A stretch of 64,000 nt of DNA from the IMG/VR virus record IMGVR_UViG_3300032116_000016. The stretch is one strand, 5' to 3'. This document shows positions 8,193 through 17,537 of this stretch, piece by piece. The notes below the pieces were generated by a model. The model was not told the DNA's origin. It was given only the letters and a program-made list of their open reading frames with translations, and searched no databases. This DNA comes from a virus. Position 1 is the stretch's first letter. Every line of letters begins with the position of its first letter. The position numbers were made by a program, and so were the translations under genes.

Positions 8193-10760
8193 ATGGAAGA
8201 AAACGTACTAGATTATACAATTCCTAAATTTACAGGTAAACACAAACATCCTGTAGATACTTTAAAAAAATCACTTACATTAAAATATGTGGACGATGAA
8301 TCTGGTGTAGAACAGCGCAATGATGATGATTTAATTGAAGCTGATTCTAGTACAACCCGTATGCGTCGATATAATAAAAAAAATAGAGAAAAAGTACGTC
8401 AATATCTAAAAAAGACACAAGATGATCGTGTTGCTCGTAACAGAGACAGACGTAAAGCTGTCGCAAAACATGGAAAAACTAAAATGAAAAATCACGATGT
8501 CCATCATCCAAACGGTCCACATAACGGTAACGCACGTTTAACTAAAAAAGATCACGGTAGAGATAAAGTTAATGAAGTATTTCGTATGATTGTGGAAGGT
8601 GGTGCCGCTGGTCATATGGCACATCCATACGAAGATGACTCGTTGACGTTTGCCCAAGTAAAAGAAATGATTCATCGTGGATTGGTGGGGGCATTAGACG
8701 CAGAAGCTCCCGTTACCGAAAAATTAGATGGTCAAAATATTGCATTTACTATTCGTGACGGGGAAATTCGGTTTGCTCGTAACAAAGGACAAGTTAAGAA
8801 CCGTGGTCAAAATGCATTAGATGTAGCTGGTATCCGAAATATGTTTGCGGGTAGAGGCAATATTGAACGAGCTTTTACTGGAGCCGCAGAAGATTTACGA
8901 GATGCAGTTGCTAAAATGCCACCTGAACAACGTGACGCTATTTTTGGTAACGGTAGTAAGTTTATGAATGTGGAAATCATTTTTCCAGATACAAAAAACG
9001 TTATACCATACGATAAATCAGTATTGGTATTTCACGGAACTATTGAATATGACGAATCGGGGGAAGAGATTGGTCGTTCACAAGATGATGCAAAGGCCGT
9101 ACACGATGCATTAGTGAAGGCAAATGCGAGTAAGCAAAAAACATTCGGTATCTCTGGTCCAAAAACCATTACATTTAGTGATACAGATACCTCTCGCAAC
9201 AAGAAAAAGATGCAAGAGTATATTCGTCGTATTCAGCGATTGCAAAATGAGTATAGATTAGATGACGATTCTACTGTTGAAGAGTACAAGCGTGAATGGT
9301 GGGGTCGTGAAATTGATGCAATGGGGTGGGATTTAACCGATGAACAGCGAGAAGGATTAATTGGTCGTTGGGCAATGGGTATCAAGAAGTTTGGCCCAAA
9401 AGATATTGAAGATAAAGAACTGAAAAAGAAAGTCAAAGAATTTGAAAGTGAACACGTTCCAAGTCTCCAACGTAAGGCAGCACAACCATTAGAACGTACC
9501 TTCTTGCAAGTAGGTACGGATGCAATGCGTCGAGTCACGGACTTCTTGGGTTCTAATAATCCACAACTAGCTGCTCAATTAAAGAAAGAAGTGTTAGATA
9601 CTATCCGAGAACTTCAAAACACCGATGACCAGAACAAATTAGCTAAACTTCAACAGCAAGTAGAACGACTACAGGCGTTAGGGGTAGATAACATCGTTCC
9701 ATCAGAAGGTATGGTGTTCGTCTATAACGGTAAACCTTATAAGTTTACAGGCACATTTGCCCCAGTTAACCAAATTTTAGGCACCTTGAAGTTTGCTGCT
9801 GGAAAAGCCGAAATAGTCGAACCAGCAGAATCACCAGAAAAGGCAGCAGAACGTAAAGCATCTCCTGCGGCACAACCAACTGTAGCAAATAAAACACAAG
9901 CACGAGGACCAAAACGTACTGTAGCTATCTTTGCTGGACGATTCCAACCATTTCACGCTGGACATTATAGTGTTTATGAGGCATTGGTAAAGAAATTTGG
10001 TAAGGACAACGTATATATTGCCTCATCAGATGTTACAGACCCAGTTCGTTCTCCGTTTGGGTTTGACGAAAAACACAAAATTATCACAACAATGTTTGAT
10101 GTTCCAGAAGATCACGTAGTTCAAGTAGCAAATCCATATGCTCCAACGGAAGTATTAGAAAAATTACCACCGAACACAACTTACGTTACCGCTGTCAGTC
10201 AGAAGGATGCAGAACGATTGGGTTCAAAAGGTAAATACTTTAGACCATATGAAGATGGAAAATCAACAGAAGGGTTTGCTGACCGTGGGTACTTTATTGT
10301 AGCACCAGAATTTCAATTGTCAGTAGATGGTAAGAACATTAGTGGTACTCAACTTCGCCAAGTAATGGGCGACCCGAGAATTACTGAACGGGCTAAAAAG
10401 GAAATCTTTACAAAAGTATATGGTAGATTTAATCCTGAAATATTTAAGAAAATTGTCAAAACAACGACGGAATCGGAAGAGGCTCGTCAATTAACTGCAC
10501 AATATGGTGATAGTGGTAAGAAAAGAAAAGCTAAAAAGGTAGCTAAAAAGACAACACCAAAAAAGACGGCACCAAAGAAACCAGATGCACAGCAAATGCA
10601 AAGCGCTCGAGATGTGTTACGTCAACGCATAAAAAATCCAAAGACCGGTCGTGAAATTTATGTTGCAACCGCATTAGGATATGATCTAACTGACCCAATG
10701 CGTAAACAAGCAGAAAAATTGGTTCGTCAAGCAATCGCAAGAAGTAAAAAGAAAAAGTAA
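8193..10760 (+). CDS. Multidomain protein: HNH-like stub, KxDG-motif domain, HIGH-type (cytidylyltransferase-like) nucleotidyltransferase and C-terminal NPxTG module
   Basis: Motifs HDVHHPNGPHN; EGGAAGHMAHPYED...VTEKLDGQN; IFAGRFQPFHAGH...ISGTQLRQ; C-terminal IKNPKTGREIYVATALG. Confidence 0.6.
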   Translation: MEENVLDYTIPKFTGKHKHPVDTLKKSLTLKYVDDESGVEQRNDDDLIEADSSTTRMRRYNKKNREKVRQYLKKTQDDRVARNRDRRKAVAKHGKTKMKNHDVHHPNGPHNGNARLTKKDHGRDKVNEVFRMIVEGGAAGHMAHPYEDDSLTFAQVKEMIHRGLVGALDAEAPVTEKLDGQNIAFTIRDGEIRFARNKGQVKNRGQNALDVAGIRNMFAGRGNIERAFTGAAEDLRDAVAKMPPEQRDAIFGNGSKFMNVEIIFPDTKNVIPYDKSVLVFHGTIEYDESGEEIGRSQDDAKAVHDALVKANASKQKTFGISGPKTITFSDTDTSRNKKKMQEYIRRIQRLQNEYRLDDDSTVEEYKREWWGREIDAMGWDLTDEQREGLIGRWAMGIKKFGPKDIEDKELKKKVKEFESEHVPSLQRKAAQPLERTFLQVGTDAMRRVTDFLGSNNPQLAAQLKKEVLDTIRELQNTDDQNKLAKLQQQVERLQALGVDNIVPSEGMVFVYNGKPYKFTGTFAPVNQILGTLKFAAGKAEIVEPAESPEKAAERKASPAAQPTVANKTQARGPKRTVAIFAGRFQPFHAGHYSVYEALVKKFGKDNVYIASSDVTDPVRSPFGFDEKHKIITTMFDVPEDHVVQVANPYAPTEVLEKLPPNTTYVTAVSQKDAERLGSKGKYFRPYEDGKSTEGFADRGYFIVAPEFQLSVDGKNISGTQLRQVMGDPRITERAKKEIFTKVYGRFNPEIFKKIVKTTTESEEARQLTAQYGDSGKKRKAKKVAKKTTPKKTAPKKPDAQQMQSARDVLRQRIKNPKTGREIYVATALGYDLTDPMRKQAEKLVRQAIARSKKKK

Positions 10761-10808
10761 GATAAATTTATAGACTATGTATATTAGTACTCTCGAAATG
10801 AGGTGGTT

Positions 10809-11405
10809 ATGAATCACGACGCAATAAATGATGTTCGAAGAAAAATAAATGAAGTTATGAAAAAAAACGATGAACGCATTGTTGTCGGGTGGCGACCTGA
10901 ATTAGAAGAAAAACATCAAGAGGGTGATGTTTGGGAAGCCCGTGACGGTACAAAATGGACAATGAAAAATGGTATTAAACAGAAGGTTACAAAACTAGAT
11001 GCTGCAAAAACTCCGTGGTGGTGTCCAAAATGTAGTAAAGCACTTAATCATCGTTTAGATGTTAAATTTTGGCGCATTCGTGGACACTGTTTTGACTGTA
11101 ATATTAAAGAAGAAATGGAAATTCGTAAACAAGGTAAATGGGAAGAATACGAACAGTCCTTAATGCGAGCTAATTTTATAGCAGAAATGAAAGACACATT
11201 GCAAAGATTAGAACACATCAAAGAAAATCTTTCTGCTCCAGAGGTTATGCATTTTGATGACCACGAAAAGAAAGTATTGATGGTGGAAAAGTGGGACGTT
11301 GATTTAAATAAAATACGTTCTGATTTAGAACAAGATATTACAATTCTCAAAAAGAGTATTGAAAAAGCTGAAGCCGGAGATTTCACCGATGAAGATATTA
11401 AATGA
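10809..11405 (+). CDS. Hypothetical protein with zinc-ribbon (CPKC...HCFDC)
   Basis: Two CxxC pairs. ATG at 10809 follows a GAGGTG Shine-Dalgarno. Confidence 0.6.
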   Translation: MNHDAINDVRRKINEVMKKNDERIVVGWRPELEEKHQEGDVWEARDGTKWTMKNGIKQKVTKLDAAKTPWWCPKCSKALNHRLDVKFWRIRGHCFDCNIKEEMEIRKQGKWEEYEQSLMRANFIAEMKDTLQRLEHIKENLSAPEVMHFDDHEKKVLMVEKWDVDLNKIRSDLEQDITILKKSIEKAEAGDFTDEDIK

Positions 11406-12072
11406 AGTAATTAAATTTGGTAAAGCGTTTGGTCAATTAACACAAATAAGCCAAATTGCTGTCGCCGTGATTTTAATAGTTGTTGCATTTTCTGTTGGTA
11501 ATTGTAATGGTAAAACTGAACTGGATTCATTTTTAGTAGAATACAAAACGCTACAAGAAAATGCAAAAAAGACAACAGTATATGCGGACTCACTACAACG
11601 TGAAGTCACACAGCTAGTAGATAGTGCAAAACGTCAAGATGATAAGATTAAAAAATTAACTATTAGTATTTCGTTTAGAGAACAACAAAAAGTAGCACAA
11701 GTTCGACAACTTGCTCAACTTGAAAACAGAATTGAAGCGGCTAAGGCAGATTCTAACCTAATAGTCGTTGTTGCCACACAAGATACCGTAATTACAAATT
11801 TAAAAGAACAAGTAGTAACTACGGAAGCAATTGTTGATGACCAAAAACAAGTTATTCAGGCTCAGTCAACTCAAGTATTGGCGTTAAATCAAGCGTTAAC
11901 ATTATCGACGATGCGGGGAGACAGCCTGCAGACCGTTTTATCATCTTTACCAAAAGCTCCTTCTAACCCTAATAAGTTTTTCTTTGGATTAATACCAAAG
12001 CCAAGTAGAACTGTTGTCGGTGTTGTGGCACTTGCGGCTGGAGTTGTTGTAGGGAGTCAACTAGGACGGTAA
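11389..12072 (+). CDS. Membrane coiled-coil protein, spanin-like candidate
   Basis: N-terminal hydrophobic helix ending FSVGNC, a long coiled coil and a C-terminal hydrophobic helix (VVGVVALAAGVVVG). GGAGA precedes the ATG at 11389. Confidence 0.45.
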   Translation: MKILNEVIKFGKAFGQLTQISQIAVAVILIVVAFSVGNCNGKTELDSFLVEYKTLQENAKKTTVYADSLQREVTQLVDSAKRQDDKIKKLTISISFREQQKVAQVRQLAQLENRIEAAKADSNLIVVVATQDTVITNLKEQVVTTEAIVDDQKQVIQAQSTQVLALNQALTLSTMRGDSLQTVLSSLPKAPSNPNKFFFGLIPKPSRTVVGVVALAAGVVVGSQLGR

Positions 12073-12073
12073 A

Positions 12074-13654
12074 ATGACACAACCAAATATAAAAGATATT
12101 ATTAAAGCAGAGTTTAAAAAGTGTGCGGCGAGTCCAGAATACTTTTTAAAGAAATACTCATTTATTCAACACCCGATTCGCGGTCGGGTGTTGTTTGATT
12201 TATACACATACCAATTAAACGCGATGCAGGATTTTGAAGAAAATCGATATAATATTGTTCTTAAGGGACGCCAGCTCGGATTTTCTACATTGGTTGCAGG
12301 ATATGCATTGTGGTTAATGTTATTTCATAAAGATAAAAACGTATTAGTTATCGCAACAAAACAAGATACTGCAAAAAACTTGGTAACAAAGGTAAGATTT
12401 ATGCATGCCAATCTTCCCGTTTGGTTACGAGGAAGTATGGTAGAAGATAATAAGTTATCGATGAGATTTGCAAATGGATCGCAAATTAAAGCTGTAGCAA
12501 GTAGTAAAGATGCTGGTCGTTCTGAAGCATTGTCTCTTCTTATTCTTGACGAGTGTGCGTTTATCGATAACGCGGAAATTATCTGGACCGCAGCATCCAG
12601 TACGTTATCAACTGGTGGTAAAGCTATATTAATTTCTACTCCAAATGGTGTCGGTAACTTCTTCCACAAGATGTGGCAACAAGCAGAAGCAAAAACAAAT
12701 GAATTTAATACAATATTATTAGATTGGAGAGTTCATCCAGAACGAGATCAGGCATGGAGAGATAGACAGACTGAAATTTTAGGTGAGATGCAAGCGGCAC
12801 AAGAACACGATGCATCCTTCATATTTTCAGGTAACACAGTCGTCAGTCCAGATATAATTGAATTCTATAAAAGAACACATATCAAAGAACCAATATCAAA
12901 GCAGGGATTTGATAACAACCTATGGGTATGGGAGTATCCTATTCCAGGAAAGACGTATATCGTCGCTGCGGACGTTGCACGTGGTGATGGCGAAGACTTT
13001 TCTACATTTCATGTTATTGACGCAGAACGATCTTTACAGGTAGCAGAATATAAAGGTAAATTATCTACAAAAGAATTTGGTAATTTGATGATGTCTATCG
13101 CTACACAATATAATGACGCTTTATTAATACCTGATAATTCATCGATTGGATGGGCGGCAATTCAACAAGTAATTGACAGAGGATACCGAAATCTATTCTA
13201 TATGTCAGCAGATATGCATTATGTAGATGTTGAACATCAAATTACTGACAAAAAATTTGTTACTGAACGAAATATGAAACCTGGATTTGTTGTTTCATCT
13301 CGAACGCGTCCGTTGATTATCGCTAAAATTGAAGAATATATGCGAGAAAATGCCATCACAGTCCAATCTGTAAGAACTATAACTGAATTTGAAACTTTTA
13401 TTTGGAAAAATGGTAGAGCAGAGGCATTGCAAGGATATAATGATGACTTAATATTTGCATTAGGAATTGGTTTGTGGGTACGAGATACGGCACTACGATT
13501 GCGTCAACAAGGAATTGAATTAACAAAATTATCGTTAGAACGCACTGCGTATACAACTATGCCTTTTGCACTAAACGGAAATCAAGTAAAGAACCCATAC
13601 CAGATGCAAATCGGGGATCGACAAACAGAAGATATTACTTGGTTACTTGGATAA
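12074..13654 (+). CDS. terL: Terminase large subunit (T4 gp17-like)
   Basis: KGRQLGFST (Walker A), LLILDE (Walker B), STPNG, RNase H-like AADVARGDGEDFS and DDLIFA. Confidence 0.95.
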   Translation: MTQPNIKDIIKAEFKKCAASPEYFLKKYSFIQHPIRGRVLFDLYTYQLNAMQDFEENRYNIVLKGRQLGFSTLVAGYALWLMLFHKDKNVLVIATKQDTAKNLVTKVRFMHANLPVWLRGSMVEDNKLSMRFANGSQIKAVASSKDAGRSEALSLLILDECAFIDNAEIIWTAASSTLSTGGKAILISTPNGVGNFFHKMWQQAEAKTNEFNTILLDWRVHPERDQAWRDRQTEILGEMQAAQEHDASFIFSGNTVVSPDIIEFYKRTHIKEPISKQGFDNNLWVWEYPIPGKTYIVAADVARGDGEDFSTFHVIDAERSLQVAEYKGKLSTKEFGNLMMSIATQYNDALLIPDNSSIGWAAIQQVIDRGYRNLFYMSADMHYVDVEHQITDKKFVTERNMKPGFVVSSRTRPLIIAKIEEYMRENAITVQSVRTITEFETFIWKNGRAEALQGYNDDLIFALGIGLWVRDTALRLRQQGIELTKLSLERTAYTTMPFALNGNQVKNPYQMQIGDRQTEDITWLLG

Positions 13655-13681
13655 ATCCATAGATAATACAATTTTTCCTTA

Positions 13682-13689
13682 TATTTATA
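13682..13689 (+). promoter_or_regulatory. Candidate phage late promoter TATTTATA
   Basis: Intergenic, ending 25 nt before the ATG at 13715. The motif recurs upstream of several structural genes. Confidence 0.55.
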
Positions 13690-13714
13690 TAATGACATCG
13701 TTTTTGAGACATAT

Positions 13715-13978
13715 ATGAAACCTGATGAATTGAGAGAATTAGTTCGAACTGAATTACATAGTCTTATGAACGTTCAAGAAAAATCGGTTCCGCAACCTTA
13801 CAATAGAAACGGTGCACGGGAAATGACTAGTGCTCAAGTTAAACGTAGGGATAAAGTTGGACAAAAGATGTTAGACAATCCCGGCGCAGTTAAATACTTT
13901 AAAAAAGAATTTGGCGACGAGTGGGAAGATTATTTGTGGGCAACAGCAACCAATATCGCCATCGATGGTGGAGAGTAA
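13715..13978 (+). CDS. Small hypothetical head-region protein
   Basis: 87 aa ORF with an amphipathic N-terminus (MKPDELRELVRTELHS), tightly packed with its neighbours. Confidence 0.7.
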   Translation: MKPDELRELVRTELHSLMNVQEKSVPQPYNRNGAREMTSAQVKRRDKVGQKMLDNPGAVKYFKKEFGDEWEDYLWATATNIAIDGGE

Positions 13979-13980
13979 TT

Positions 13981-14511
13981 ATGATTCGTTTAACGGGATT
14001 AGTAAATTTAAGACCAGTTGTGACTTTAAAAGGGTCTGCATTAGAAGAAGCAGAACTTACTGATAAGCAAAAACAACTTGATGTTGATAAAGATGGTAAG
14101 ATTGAAGGTGATGATCTTGCAAAACTTCGTGCTAAAAATGAAACTCACGGAGGTGATCACGAAGTATCAATGGCACAAGGATTATTAGACGATATTATTC
14201 GTAGTGCAACTGAACTCAAGGCAAAGATGGGCGCGGGGGAAAAGGATATTCCAGCGTGGATTCAAGACCACATTTCTCAAGCACAAAATTTTATTAATCA
14301 AGCATCTACTAACTATCATGAATATAATACACCTATGGAAAATATGCCGTGTGAGGGTGAAGGTTGTATGGATGCACCAGTAACCGAAAAAGCACCAGAG
14401 GGATGGGAAGGTACGGTTAAAGCAATGAAAGACGAACCTGGTATTGATAATCCGTGGGCATTAGCACATTGGATGAAGAACAAGGGATATAAATCACACA
14501 AAGGACAATAA
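13981..14511 (+). CDS. Hypothetical head-region protein with EF-hand-like loop
   Basis: LDVDKDGKIEGDDL is a Dx[DN]xDG loop. The start is placed at ATG 13981 (MIRLTGLVNL). Confidence 0.65.
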   Translation: MIRLTGLVNLRPVVTLKGSALEEAELTDKQKQLDVDKDGKIEGDDLAKLRAKNETHGGDHEVSMAQGLLDDIIRSATELKAKMGAGEKDIPAWIQDHISQAQNFINQASTNYHEYNTPMENMPCEGEGCMDAPVTEKAPEGWEGTVKAMKDEPGIDNPWALAHWMKNKGYKSHKGQ

Positions 14512-14512
14512 A

Positions 14513-16156
14513 ATGAATAACGCGTTTGATTTTAAAAAATTTGAAAAACGCTTATTAGAAGCTTTACAACGAAACGAGAAATTTATTAAAATTCTCGAAG
14601 AGCAAGAATCTGCTGCTGACCAAGCTAAAAAAATGGGTTTAAAAAGTATGGGATTCGGTCGTTGGGGTAAGGACGATAAAGTAACTCACAAAACCACAGA
14701 TGGTAAACTCGAACCAGTAAAACAAGATGATGAGAAAGAAAAAGAAGCTCCATCTGGTGAGAAAAAACCACAAGATAATCAACCTAAAAAAGACACAGCC
14801 GCAGGTGAAACTAAACCAGAACAACCTAAAGAAGAACCAGACCCAGCTAAAGACAAAGCACAACAAGCAATGCCTAAAGCAAAATTGTCAGGTCGTCCAT
14901 TAAGTAAAGTCCCATCAGAACAACTCCAGCAAGTTGCTACTCGTATTGATGATTTAGCAAAGATGGGCGAAGAAGCTAAAGCAAAGGGAGAAAAAGCACC
15001 AAACTTTAATTTGTGTCAAGTTGCCATTCCCGGCACTAACCTATTCTGTGGTGATAATAAAGGTATTCCTCGTGCCGAAATGCCTCAATTTAAAGGTACA
15101 CCACGCGCGGGATCTCCAGCAGATAAACTTCCTAAAGATAAAGATGGAGAAGTAGATACCGAAGAATTCTTTAAGCAAATGTTGGAAAAGGATGGCATCA
15201 AGGTATCAGAACCAACCACCGTTCCACCTGACCGATTAAAGGCAACGCAATCTGAATTGGTTGGTGTGAAGGTAGCAGGTATGAGTAAGGTATTAGCAGA
15301 TAAGAACCATCCTGCATATGGAAAGATTACCGCACCAATCTATGTCAGTCGTGATGGGTATGTATTAGACGGACATCATCGTTGGGCGGCAGTAGTTGCA
15401 CACAACGCATCTAATCCAAACGATCAAATTGAAATGCAAGTTCGTGTTATTGATGATGATATTGAACCTTTAGTACAAAAATCTAATAAATTTGCAGAAG
15501 ATATTGGTATTCGTGCTAAAGCAGCAGATACGGGATCGGCCGGTGATGGTAAATCTGCAGAAACTCCAAAAGAAGAACCAAAGAAAAAAGGATTTACTCG
15601 ACGTATGTTGGATACGGTTAAATCGTGGGGTAAGAAGCAAAAAGAAGAAGCCAAAGCATTCTTTGAAGAAGAACTACACAAAGGTAAGACACCAGAACGC
15701 CGTTCTCTAGTTGAAAAAGTTCGTGATAAAGCAAAAGGTGCATGGAAAGATATTAAACACGAATTAAAACATGAAAAAGCAGTATTTCGTGATGCCGGTC
15801 GTGGACTTCGTGGATTCTTCCGTGGTAAAGGACCAAATGAACGTGAAAAGAAAGCAATGCAATCTGTTGCAACAAAAGTAGTTATGACTGCTGTAGTTGC
15901 TACGGGTCTTGGAGCTGCAGCAGGTGGTGCGGCCGCACTTGGTAAGGCAGTCTTAATTGAATTTATTCCACACGTTGTTGGTGAAAGTATCTTAAAGGGA
16001 GCAGGACGTGCGGCATTGTTCGCTGGTCCAGAAGATCAAACTGATGACGCAATGATGGAAAAATTTATTGAGTTAGTATTAAAAAATATGGAAGAGATGG
16101 ATATCCCAGATGAAGTAATAGAAAAAGCATTTATGAATTATAAGGGAGAAGAATAA
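14513..16156 (+). CDS. ParB/sulfiredoxin-like domain protein with GFGRWG module
   Basis: LKATQSEL...APIYVSRDGYVLDGHHRWAA is a ParB-N motif. N-terminal QAKKMGLKSMGFGRWG module; hydrophobic segment near the C-terminus. Confidence 0.65.
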   Translation: MNNAFDFKKFEKRLLEALQRNEKFIKILEEQESAADQAKKMGLKSMGFGRWGKDDKVTHKTTDGKLEPVKQDDEKEKEAPSGEKKPQDNQPKKDTAAGETKPEQPKEEPDPAKDKAQQAMPKAKLSGRPLSKVPSEQLQQVATRIDDLAKMGEEAKAKGEKAPNFNLCQVAIPGTNLFCGDNKGIPRAEMPQFKGTPRAGSPADKLPKDKDGEVDTEEFFKQMLEKDGIKVSEPTTVPPDRLKATQSELVGVKVAGMSKVLADKNHPAYGKITAPIYVSRDGYVLDGHHRWAAVVAHNASNPNDQIEMQVRVIDDDIEPLVQKSNKFAEDIGIRAKAADTGSAGDGKSAETPKEEPKKKGFTRRMLDTVKSWGKKQKEEAKAFFEEELHKGKTPERRSLVEKVRDKAKGAWKDIKHELKHEKAVFRDAGRGLRGFFRGKGPNEREKKAMQSVATKVVMTAVVATGLGAAAGGAAALGKAVLIEFIPHVVGESILKGAGRAALFAGPEDQTDDAMMEKFIELVLKNMEEMDIPDEVIEKAFMNYKGEE

Positions 16157-16521
16157 TGGAAGAGATTGCAAAGTTTATCGCAACGTTGATGGCAAGTCGT
16201 AATCAAGCACATATATTTCATTTACAGACTACATCATTTGCCGCACATAAAGCATTAGATGATTATTATTCTGGAATAGTTGATCTTATTGATTCGTATG
16301 CGGAAATGGCACAAGGTCGTTATGGAATTATTACGGGATATTCTGCAACAAATATGGCATTGATTGAAGATGGTAACTTTCTTAAGTACTTTATGGGATT
16401 ACAGAAGTTTGTAGACAATATTCGTCAAACTTTACCACAAGACGGGGAACTCAACAATACTGTTGATGAAATTTCTGGTTTAATTTCATCTACCGTGTAC
16501 AAGTTGAAGTTTTTAAAATAA
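16156..16521 (+). CDS. Ferritin/Dps-like four-helix protein (phage DUF5856-like)
   Basis: QAHIFHLQTTSFAAHKALDDYYSGIVDLIDSYAE resembles the Dps-type H-x-x-H-W/L...H...D...E pattern. Confidence 0.65.
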   Translation: MEEIAKFIATLMASRNQAHIFHLQTTSFAAHKALDDYYSGIVDLIDSYAEMAQGRYGIITGYSATNMALIEDGNFLKYFMGLQKFVDNIRQTLPQDGELNNTVDEISGLISSTVYKLKFLK

Positions 16522-16751
16522 TGGAATACAAAGATTTTTATCGTGATATATTAAACGAAAATTTACAACTTGCTGAAGAAGTGTTTAATTTACTAGAAAA
16601 AAACACGCCTACGGACCCCGATAAATGGTCAAAAGCAAAAGCAGCTGCACGTGCTAAATTTGATGTATATCCATCTGCATATGCTAACTTATGGGCAGCA
16701 AAGAAATATAAGAGTATGGGTGGTGGGTGGAAGAAGGGTAAAAATGATTAG
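16521..16751 (+). CDS. Conserved small phage protein (DUF5872-like)
   Basis: KAKAAARAKFDVYPSAYANLWAAKKYKSMGGGW is a motif familiar from large T4-like phages. Confidence 0.6.
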   Translation: MEYKDFYRDILNENLQLAEEVFNLLEKNTPTDPDKWSKAKAAARAKFDVYPSAYANLWAAKKYKSMGGGWKKGKND

Positions 16752-17070
16752 TCTTACTGATATTTTAGAAGAAGTTGTTGACCAACTTGACGAAAAATAC
16801 AAGACCAAAGGTAGTCTTGGTAAATGGCTTCGTCAAAAATGGGTAGACATTTCTCGTAAAAATAAAGACGGAAAACATCCACCATGTGGTGATTCAGCAG
16901 GTAAGAAAGAACGAAAAGGTGGATCAGCAAAGTATCCAAAGTGTAGACCGGCTCGTTCTGCGGCAGCAATGACCAAAGGTGAAAAACGATCGGCAGTTAC
17001 TAGAAAACGAAAAGCAAAAAATACCGGTGGAAAACCAAAGATGGTATCAACATTTAAGAAGGAAGATTAA
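16744..17070 (+). CDS. Conserved basic phage head-region protein
   Basis: LGKWLRQKWVDISRK...HPPCG...YPKCRP. Start placed at ATG 16744 (MISLTDILEE). Confidence 0.65.
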   Translation: MISLTDILEEVVDQLDEKYKTKGSLGKWLRQKWVDISRKNKDGKHPPCGDSAGKKERKGGSAKYPKCRPARSAAAMTKGEKRSAVTRKRKAKNTGGKPKMVSTFKKED

Positions 17071-17072
17071 CT

Positions 17073-17537
17073 ATGGCTAATCTAGACAATGATATGTTTA
17101 ACGCACAATTTCCAGTTGACGAAACACGACTAGAAGAAGCGTGCTGGGACGGATACAAACAAGTTGGGATGAAAGAAAAAAATGGTAAAATGGTTCCTAA
17201 TTGTGTCCCCGTTAACGAAAATGATTTGTACGAAGGTGAGTTCTGTTCAGCATGTTTAGCAGAGTACATCAAAGAACATGCTAATTTAATGATGGAAGCA
17301 GAATATCAAGGTCGTAAAGTTAAACTTGGAAAGCCGATGCAAGGTGATGTCAAGAAGTTTAAGGTATATGTTAAAGACCCAAAAACCGGAAATGTTAAAA
17401 AAGTTAATTTTGGTGACAAATCTATGAGAATTAAAAAGTCCAATCCAGGCCGACGTAAGAATTTTAGAGCACGACATAATTGCGATAATCCTGGTCCAAG
17501 AACAAAAGCTCGGTATTGGTCTTGTCGTAAGTGGTAA
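17073..17537 (+). CDS. Conserved phage head-region protein
   Basis: EACWDGYKQVGMK...NCVP and EAEYQGRKVKLGKP...VNFGD...FRARHNCD...ARYWSCRKW are modules recurrent in large T4-like phages. Confidence 0.7.
   Translation: MANLDNDMFNAQFPVDETRLEEACWDGYKQVGMKEKNGKMVPNCVPVNENDLYEGEFCSACLAEYIKEHANLMMEAEYQGRKVKLGKPMQGDVKKFKVYVKDPKTGNVKKVNFGDKSMRIKKSNPGRRKNFRARHNCDNPGPRTKARYWSCRKW

Noticed and set aside
8480-8570. HNH-like HDVHH...HNGN as a free homing endonuclease
   Set aside because: Only a short stub within a larger ORF; the full HNH spacing and flanking mobile context are missing.
12074-13654. Intron or intein in terminase, portal, capsid or SbcC
   Set aside because: ORFs are continuous and of normal length, with no intein C...HN/C motifs or LAGLIDADG insertions seen.
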